Part shown: positions 57,206 to 63,432 of the stretch, piece by piece
Numbering within the stretch: the stretch's first letter is position 1
Layout of the letters: each line of letters begins with the position of its first letter
Assembly (NCBI GenBank): GCA_021158225.1
Contig: JAGGUZ010000015.1
Span: 1 to 63,432 of the forward strand
Origin: a bacterium
GTDB taxonomy: Bacteria; Patescibacteriota; Gracilibacteria; UBA1369; PNNO01
Length of the DNA stretch: 63,432 nt
Direction of reading: 5' to 3'
The notes under the pieces: generated by a model
What the model was told of the DNA's origin: nothing
Database searches by the model: none
What the model saw: the letters and a program-made list of their open reading frames with translations, nothing else
Position numbers and translations under genes: made by a program

Positions 57206-57625
57206 ATGCTCCATATACAGATTATACAAGTTGGGAAAACGAAGGATTCATATTTTAGGCAAGCGGAGCAAGAGTATGTAAAGAGGCTTGGCAGGTATGG
57301 GAAAATCACTATTGATACGGTTGATAATGATGAGAAAATTCTTTCACGCATAAATAAAGACTCTTATGTAATTGCTTTGGTTATTAATGGCAAAGAATTT
57401 TCCTCTGAGGATTTTGCAGAGAAGTTGCGCCAAATTGAAAGAACCGGCCACATAAGTTTTCTCATAGGCGGGCCACATGGACTATCGGCAAATGTAATTG
57501 ATTCAAGCGATTTTTCGCTTTCTTTTTCCAAAATGACTTTTACGCATCAAATGATCCGCATTATTTTATTGGAACAGATCTATCGTGCAGGCACAATAAT
57601 TGAAGGGAAGAAATATCACTATTAG
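57206..57625 (+). CDS. rlmH: 23S rRNA (pseudouridine1915-N3)-methyltransferase RlmH (SPOUT)
   Basis: 139 aa. VGKTKD..., FLIGGPHGLS and LSFSKMTFTHQMIRIILLEQIYRA match the RlmH knot region. Confidence 0.85.
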   Translation: MLHIQIIQVGKTKDSYFRQAEQEYVKRLGRYGKITIDTVDNDEKILSRINKDSYVIALVINGKEFSSEDFAEKLRQIERTGHISFLIGGPHGLSANVIDSSDFSLSFSKMTFTHQMIRIILLEQIYRAGTIIEGKKYHY

Positions 57626-57716
57626 ACTACCCGATTTTATGAGTATTCTACTGGTGAACTAGGTATGGACATATGCTAATGGAAGCAAATTCTTAAGCTT
57701 TAAAGGATATAAACTC

Positions 57717-57746
57717 TTGACAAAAACGGTTAAACTTGTTTTAATA
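57717..57746 (+). promoter_or_regulatory. candidate promoter (perfect -35 TTGACA, A/T-rich -10 TTAATA/TTTAAT) for the SLH gene pair
   Basis: TTGACA at 57717-57722 with -10-like hexamers 17-18 nt downstream, about 30 nt upstream of ATG 57776. Confidence 0.35.
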
Positions 57747-57775
57747 ATATTCTTTGTTAAATAATTAAGATAACT

Positions 57776-58747
57776 ATGCGTATATTATTATCGAAAATTT
57801 TCTCAAGTTTGGTTGTTGCAACACTTCTTGCTACGAGTTTAATTGCAACGGTTTACGCCTCAAGCTCATATGAATATATTGATGGTTACGGAATGGTTGA
57901 AGTTGAAAATATGAATACATATCCAACTCAATCTGTTGATAACAGCGGAACTTTTGGATTAAGCGTAGATGGTTTTAGGCATATGTGTACTACTACCGGT
58001 GGTGATTGGGATGTCGTAAGTGGAAGGCATGTTTGTTATTGTCCGGCTGGTGGTGAATTTAATTATCCGTTTGGATGTCCTAAAGTTGATCCACAGCCAA
58101 CTTATCCGCAAGATCCTGTTCCACAAGCACCAAGTTACCCACAAGCACCAACCCCACAAGCACCAACTTACCCGGGGAACGAAGATTACGAATATCATGG
58201 TTTTTCGGATATACAAGGGCATAAATACGAATGGTATATAGAACAACTTGCAGATCTTGGAATTATTAAAGGTTATGGAGATGGAAGTTTTCGTCCGGAT
58301 GCTCCTGTATCAAGAGCGGAAATGGCAAAAATGGTTTTAATGGCAGCAAAATTGGAAACTTTACCTTGTGATAATGATAGAAGTAGATTTTTTGCGGATC
58401 TTGATGGATGGGAAGCTCCATGGGTTAATGCAGGTTACAGAATGGACATTATTGAGGGATATAGCGGTGCAAGTGATGGCATACGTTTATTTAAGCCAAA
58501 TAATTATGTCAATCGTGTTGAAGGTGTAAAGCTTGTTTTGGCGGCATTTGGGAGGGAACCTCTTGATATCTGGAAGACTTCATATGCCGATGTCTTTGAT
58601 TGGATGATTCCTTGGGTTGAAGATGCCTACAGAATCGGTTTAATCGATAAACCTTCAAATGGACGATTCTACCCCGGAGATATGATGACTCGCGGTATGG
58701 CGTCGAAAGTTATCGTAAAGATGCTTCAATATTCCGGAGATATTTAG
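57776..58747 (+). CDS. secreted SLH-domain protein (N-terminal Cys module, PQAP linker, three C-terminal SLH repeats)
   Basis: Signal peptide LVVATLLATSLIATVYA, linker PQPTYPQDPVPQAPSYPQAPTPQAPTYP, and SLH motifs FSDIQGHKYEWYIEQLADLGIIKGY...SRAEMAKMVLMA and following. Confidence 0.8.
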   Translation: MRILLSKIFSSLVVATLLATSLIATVYASSSYEYIDGYGMVEVENMNTYPTQSVDNSGTFGLSVDGFRHMCTTTGGDWDVVSGRHVCYCPAGGEFNYPFGCPKVDPQPTYPQDPVPQAPSYPQAPTPQAPTYPGNEDYEYHGFSDIQGHKYEWYIEQLADLGIIKGYGDGSFRPDAPVSRAEMAKMVLMAAKLETLPCDNDRSRFFADLDGWEAPWVNAGYRMDIIEGYSGASDGIRLFKPNNYVNRVEGVKLVLAAFGREPLDIWKTSYADVFDWMIPWVEDAYRIGLIDKPSNGRFYPGDMMTRGMASKVIVKMLQYSGDI

Positions 58748-58837
58748 TAAACATTTCAAGGTGTAAGATTCCGCGCTTAAATTTGTTATAAATAGCAGAA
58801 TCATTTCACTATTTGTCATTTTTTGATATAGTGAAGA

Positions 58838-60148
58838 TTGGCGCGCTTCGATAACCTTATAAATATGTTCTCAAAAAAGACTAATTTGCTCTCTATTATA
58901 AAGAAAGCTGGGTTTGTGATTTTTGATATTCTTATACTTCTATCGCTTATTTTCCTTGCGACAATAGCTGCACGAGCTGACGACACAGGTGTAGAACTTC
59001 TTACAACTACGGACGATGTTTTATATGCTTCCGGCGATGATATTACAGTAACTTTTCAATTGGAAAATTATACGGGAGAAAATATTGCATTGCAGTTTGA
59101 TAACGGATGTCAACTTGGTGTTGAGATTTTTAAATTTTCCGTGGATTCAAACGGTTATACTGTGCCGATTTACAATGAAATTCTTTATAAAAGAAATTGT
59201 ACATTAAATAAAACTACCGTAAATATTCCGGATGGGAAAAAGGCAATTTGGAATAGAACAATAAAAGGTCTTAATTTGCCTTCCGGAGATTATGTGGTGC
59301 ATGCTTATGTTGTCGGATACGAAAATGCAGATTGGGAATTGCAAGATTCCGCTTTTGCTCAAATTAGTGTTGATATTCCCAATGGGGATACGGAGCCGGA
59401 ATACAATGAGAAAAGTTTGCTTTGCAAGGGAATGGGAGGAACTTATGATATGAATGAATGCAGTTGTCCGTCCGATTATGATTGGAGCGAAATTGTTGGT
59501 TGTCAAAAAGATATTGCTACTTTGGAACAATGTGTTTCCGATGGTAAATTTATAGGTTTTTCAACGCAAGATATGTCTTGTATAGAGATGGAAGATATAA
59601 CAAAGCCTCTTAAAAAAACTCCTTTTAGTGATATAGATAATCATTGGGCAAAGCAGTATATAGAAAATCTTTATTCAAGAGGAATTGTTAGCGGTTATGA
59701 AGATGGAACTTTTAGACCGGATTCCTATATTAACAGAGTTGAGTTAACTAAAATGGCACTTTCCGCTGCAGGAATTAAGTCTGAAGATCCAAGCGGTGAC
59801 GATGCTTTTAAATTTAACGATGTTGAAGGATGGGAAACCGAGTGGGTTTATCCGGCTTGGAAGAAAGGGATTGTAAAGGGATATACTGAAACCACTTTTG
59901 CTCCGGGAAAAAACATTACAAGAGCGGAAGCTTTAAAAATTGCTATGCTTGCGTTTGGCGTGGATGTGCCGGATACAAGCAAAAAATGGGCGTTTTCCGA
60001 TACTGTTGGGCATTGGGCTCTCTCGTATATTAATCAAGCTTATTTAGATTTTATTATTGAGGGGAAGACCAAAGATCTTTTTTATCCGGATGACCCGATT
60101 ACAAGGGCGGAATCATCAAAAATTATTAACAATCTTTTAAGTAAATAA
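58838..60148 (+). CDS. secreted/anchored SLH-domain protein (unknown N-terminal domain, Cys module, three C-terminal SLH repeats)
   Basis: The TTG ORF start is at 58838. ATG 58865 (MFSKKTNLLSIIKKAGFVIFDILILLSLIFLATIAARA) is the likelier start. SLH motifs are FSDIDNHWAKQYIENLYSRGIVSGY, FNDVEGWETEWVYPAWKKGIVKGY and FSDTVGHWALSYINQAY. Confidence 0.8.
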   Translation: MARFDNLINMFSKKTNLLSIIKKAGFVIFDILILLSLIFLATIAARADDTGVELLTTTDDVLYASGDDITVTFQLENYTGENIALQFDNGCQLGVEIFKFSVDSNGYTVPIYNEILYKRNCTLNKTTVNIPDGKKAIWNRTIKGLNLPSGDYVVHAYVVGYENADWELQDSAFAQISVDIPNGDTEPEYNEKSLLCKGMGGTYDMNECSCPSDYDWSEIVGCQKDIATLEQCVSDGKFIGFSTQDMSCIEMEDITKPLKKTPFSDIDNHWAKQYIENLYSRGIVSGYEDGTFRPDSYINRVELTKMALSAAGIKSEDPSGDDAFKFNDVEGWETEWVYPAWKKGIVKGYTETTFAPGKNITRAEALKIAMLAFGVDVPDTSKKWAFSDTVGHWALSYINQAYLDFIIEGKTKDLFYPDDPITRAESSKIINNLLSK

Positions 60149-60203
60149 AAGTAAAATATCCGAAATCTTAGTTGTTGTTTTTGGTCTTATCTTAACATCT
60201 GTT

Positions 60204-61784
60204 ATGTTCGTTTTCGGGTCATTTATGAATTCGATACATGCCAATGTTCTGCAAGTTGGAATATCCGTTGATATGCGAGGGATTCTATTTAATTCTAATA
60301 TGGATATTCCTGTTTTTACGGATAAAACTCCTGATGTTGTTGTCTTGTTGTCGTCGGTTAACAAAGAATACAACGGAGCCGGAGTTTTAACTGTGGATCC
60401 GGATTCAACCGATATTCTTCCTCAAAAAGATCTTTATAGAAAATTTATACTCGATTTAATTAAGAATAATGTTGTTGGTGTAAATGAAGATGCTTTTTTA
60501 CATAACAATGATTTCTTTAAAAGAGTTGAGAAAATCAAAAAAGCCTATCCTTCGGCTCGTATTGTGCCTCTTTTGTTTCAGAAAAATTATAATAAAATAG
60601 ATCCGTATTTGTTATCTAGAGCTATTGCTTCGGATAACCAAAATGTTTGGATAATGGCTGATTTTACAGAAATCTCATCTTCGGAAAAAGCTATTAACAA
60701 TCTTAGAAATGCAATGCTTATGCGTGTAATTAAAAACAAAGAGATATTAAATATAGACAAATTAGCGGTAGATAACACAGCTCCTTTGAAGACATTTATC
60801 TATGCTATGCATTTTTTCGGAGCAAATATTGTAGATACAAAACCAAATTATGTTGTCTTTAAACCTGAAGAATCTTCTAAAGTTGATGGAATAATAACTT
60901 TTATCGGGTTTGGAGACATTATGCTGGATAGGTCGGTAAGAAAATTAATGGATACAAACGGACTTGATTATCCGTTTAGAAATATTACGAGTGAACTTAA
61001 GGGTGTTGATTATGTTTTTGCTAATTTTGAAGGTCCTATTAAAGAGCATGAAGTTCATACAAGTAAATCTATATCATTTAGATTTAAACCGGATGTGTCT
61101 TCCGTAGTTAAGAATGCTGGAATAAATATTGTAAGCATTGCCAACAACCATGCGCTTGATCAAGGATGGGGTGGCAGATCCGACACAATGAAATTTTTAA
61201 AAGAGGCAGGTGTGCGTTATTTTGGTAATCCTAAAAACGAAGCCGAAGGGAATACTTATATAGGCCAAATAGGAGATAAAACGATTGCTTTTATCGGTTT
61301 TGACGATACTATTTTTAAAATTGACGGAAATAAAGCGCGTGAAATGATAGAGAAACTTAAAAAAGTCTCGGATTACGTTATTGTTTCCGTTCACTGGGGG
61401 GTTGAGTATGTTCATCGTCCTACGGAAAGAAAACAATGGCTTGCCCATTTGTTTATAGATTCCGGTGCGGATGCGGTTATCGGTCATCATCCTCATGTGG
61501 TGCAGACTATGGAAATTTATAACGGGAAGCCGATTTTTTATTCGCTTGGGAATTTTGTTTTCGATCAGTATTTTTCGCAAGATACACAGGAGGGACTTGG
61601 AGTAGGCATGATAATAAATAATAATAAAATGAGTATTTATTTGCTTCCATATGCTATAATTAAAAGTCAGCCAGTGTTCATGGAGGATGATGCAAAGACA
61701 GAATTTTTAGAAAAATTTATTCTATGGGGAAATTATGATGAAGACATGGAAAATCTTATAAGAAAAGGAGAGTTTATGTTATAA
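60204..61784 (+). CDS. CapA-family (poly-gamma-glutamate/metallophosphatase-like) protein with an extra ~230-aa N-terminal region
   Basis: The C-terminal half has CapA patterns FIGFGDIMLDRSV, ANFEGP, SIANNHALDQG, VSVHWGVEY, GHHPHVVQ and YSLGNFVFDQ. The N-terminal half is unassigned. Confidence 0.65.
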   Translation: MFVFGSFMNSIHANVLQVGISVDMRGILFNSNMDIPVFTDKTPDVVVLLSSVNKEYNGAGVLTVDPDSTDILPQKDLYRKFILDLIKNNVVGVNEDAFLHNNDFFKRVEKIKKAYPSARIVPLLFQKNYNKIDPYLLSRAIASDNQNVWIMADFTEISSSEKAINNLRNAMLMRVIKNKEILNIDKLAVDNTAPLKTFIYAMHFFGANIVDTKPNYVVFKPEESSKVDGIITFIGFGDIMLDRSVRKLMDTNGLDYPFRNITSELKGVDYVFANFEGPIKEHEVHTSKSISFRFKPDVSSVVKNAGINIVSIANNHALDQGWGGRSDTMKFLKEAGVRYFGNPKNEAEGNTYIGQIGDKTIAFIGFDDTIFKIDGNKAREMIEKLKKVSDYVIVSVHWGVEYVHRPTERKQWLAHLFIDSGADAVIGHHPHVVQTMEIYNGKPIFYSLGNFVFDQYFSQDTQEGLGVGMIINNNKMSIYLLPYAIIKSQPVFMEDDAKTEFLEKFILWGNYDEDMENLIRKGEFML

Positions 61785-61849
61785 TAAACTAGAAAAGCCC
61801 TTTAATTTATGCTAAAATTAAAAGAAATATAAATAAACAAATTTTTAAT

Positions 61850-63253
61850 ATGAAAATAGAATTCATTGGAGCGGCCCAAGAAGTAACAGGGTCAAAACAT
61901 TTACTTCATCTTAATGGAAAAAAAATTCTTTTAGATTGTGGGATGTTTCAAGGAAGGCGTAAAAAAGCTGAAGAGAAGAACTCTCATTTCCCGTTCGATC
62001 CAAAAGAGATCGATGCCGTTATTCTTTCGCACGCACATATTGATCATAGCGGTTTACTTCCTTTACTCGTAAAAGAGGGTTTCTCGGGACCGATTTATTG
62101 TACTCATGCAACGAGGGATTTGTGCCAGTATATGTTGCTTGACAGTGCGTATATACAGGAGCGTGAAGCTGAATATATTAACAGGAAAAAACTTAAAAAA
62201 GGTGAACCGCCGATAAAACCTCTTTATAATACGGAAGATGCAAAGAAGGCACTTAATCAATTTTATGGGATTGGGTACGAGAGAACATTTGTTGTGGAAG
62301 AAGGTCTTGTGGCTTGTTTTTATGATGCCGGTCACATTTTGGGGTCTGCGTTGGTTCATTTAATAGCATATGAGAAAGATAAAGATAAAAGGACAAATAT
62401 CGGATTTACCGGAGATCTTGGGCGGAAAAATATCCCTCTCTTAAGGGATCCTCAGCGAATACCGAAATGTGATTATTTCTTAAGTGAATGTACTTATGGA
62501 GACAGACTTCATGAGTCTATTACAGATGCTGAAGATGAGCTGATTAAGATTGTCAATGATACATATAAAAGGGGAGGGAAACTTATTATCCCGGCATTTT
62601 CGGTGGGAAGAACTCAGGAAATTGTTTATAGATTAAATGTTGCTATAAAGCACGGTTATATTCCGAGAGACTTTCCGATTTTTGTTGATAGTCCTCTATC
62701 CGGAAATGTTACGGAAGTTTTCTCCGCTCATCCGGAATGTTTTGATAAAGATACTTACAAAGAGTTTATCGATCATCGTTTGAATCCGTTTGGATTTGGA
62801 AAATTGAAATACATTAGTGATGTTGAGGAGTCAAAGAAATTAAACAATTATCAAGGGCCTTGTATTATTATCTCAGCTTCCGGAATGTGTGAGTTTGGAC
62901 GAATTTTGCATCATTTAAAGAATAATGTTGATGATCCTAAAAACTCTGTTTTGATTGTTGGATATCAGGCCGAGCATACTCTTGGAAGAAGGCTTCAAGA
63001 AGGGAAAAAGATAGTAAATATATTTGGAGAGCCGTACAATGTGCGTGCAAGTATACATTCTATTCGTGCTTTCTCTGCTCATGCTGACAGAAGTGATTTG
63101 CTTGATTACATAAGCCATGTTGAAGGTGTAAAGAAAGTCTTTCTTGTCCATGGAGAAAAAGAGCAGGCCTTTAAATTTAAGGAGTTTCTTGGCGAGAACG
63201 GATTTAAAGATGTTGTTGTTCCCGCTCCCGGAGATATCTTTGAGCTGGAGTAG
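61850..63253 (+). CDS. metallo-beta-lactamase/beta-CASP family RNA-processing nuclease
   Basis: HAHIDHSG motif, then beta-CASP motifs (ECTYG, PAFSVGRTQE) and a C-terminal SAHADRSDL. Length 467 aa. Confidence 0.85.
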   Translation: MKIEFIGAAQEVTGSKHLLHLNGKKILLDCGMFQGRRKKAEEKNSHFPFDPKEIDAVILSHAHIDHSGLLPLLVKEGFSGPIYCTHATRDLCQYMLLDSAYIQEREAEYINRKKLKKGEPPIKPLYNTEDAKKALNQFYGIGYERTFVVEEGLVACFYDAGHILGSALVHLIAYEKDKDKRTNIGFTGDLGRKNIPLLRDPQRIPKCDYFLSECTYGDRLHESITDAEDELIKIVNDTYKRGGKLIIPAFSVGRTQEIVYRLNVAIKHGYIPRDFPIFVDSPLSGNVTEVFSAHPECFDKDTYKEFIDHRLNPFGFGKLKYISDVEESKKLNNYQGPCIIISASGMCEFGRILHHLKNNVDDPKNSVLIVGYQAEHTLGRRLQEGKKIVNIFGEPYNVRASIHSIRAFSAHADRSDLLDYISHVEGVKKVFLVHGEKEQAFKFKEFLGENGFKDVVVPAPGDIFELE

Positions 63254-63273
63254 ATGACTTGCACAAAAAAGTT

Positions 63274-63301
63274 TTGAATTTTCATGTGGATTGTTTATAA
63301 T
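63274..63301 (+). promoter_or_regulatory. candidate promoter TTGAAT-16 nt-TATAAT upstream of tRNA-Gly
   Basis: Both hexamers were read directly. The -10 ends 47 nt upstream of the mature tRNA 5' end. Confidence 0.45.
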
Positions 63302-63348
63302 GCTTCTTGCATTTAAACATTTAAAGATGCAATTCTAAATTTAGACGT

Positions 63349-63423
<75 letters not shown>

Positions 63424-63432
63424 AACAAAAAA

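Overview
This is an AT-rich, very tightly packed bacterial chromosome segment. It uses the standard genetic code: TGA serves as a stop (e.g. 13718-13720 and 17192-17194), and long ORFs are intact without recoding. Compactness, abutting or overlapping genes, many orphan proteins and one giant surface protein fit a streamlined uncultivated lineage such as CPR/Patescibacteria (Peregrinibacteria-like), but that is inference only.

Housekeeping backbone: thrS, recF, uvrA, rplJ-rplL, miaA, recJ, an nrnA-like DHH gene, yebC, lgt, a DsbA-like gene, hisS, tsaD, cca, rlmD, rlmH, a beta-CASP RNase and tRNA-Gly(UCC).

The most interesting content is a minus-strand cell-surface island of about 24 kb (14004-38093).
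- A self-contained type IV pilus unit: consensus-like promoter, PilN-like, PilO-like, PilB, PilC, one pilin, strong intrinsic terminator.
- Immediately downstream, a 15.1-kb gene for a 5033-aa mosaic surface protein. It carries two SLH triplets, thrombospondin-type-3-like Asp repeats, Ig-like arrays, FG-GAP repeats, and a nearly uncharged Gly/Cys-rich hydrophobic core followed by LPxLP proline repeats.
- Four translationally coupled secreted helical proteins that share a Cys-containing C-terminal signature.

Other points: an orphan 90/1216/703-aa operon at the 5' end; three further SLH-anchored proteins, two sharing a small Cys module; an L10 protein with a tandem-repeat C-terminal tail; two small ORFs missing from the ORF track (a zinc ribbon and a lipoprotein); and convergent gene pairs that overlap or abut with no room for terminators. 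No CRISPR array, rRNA, transposase or integrase was seen.
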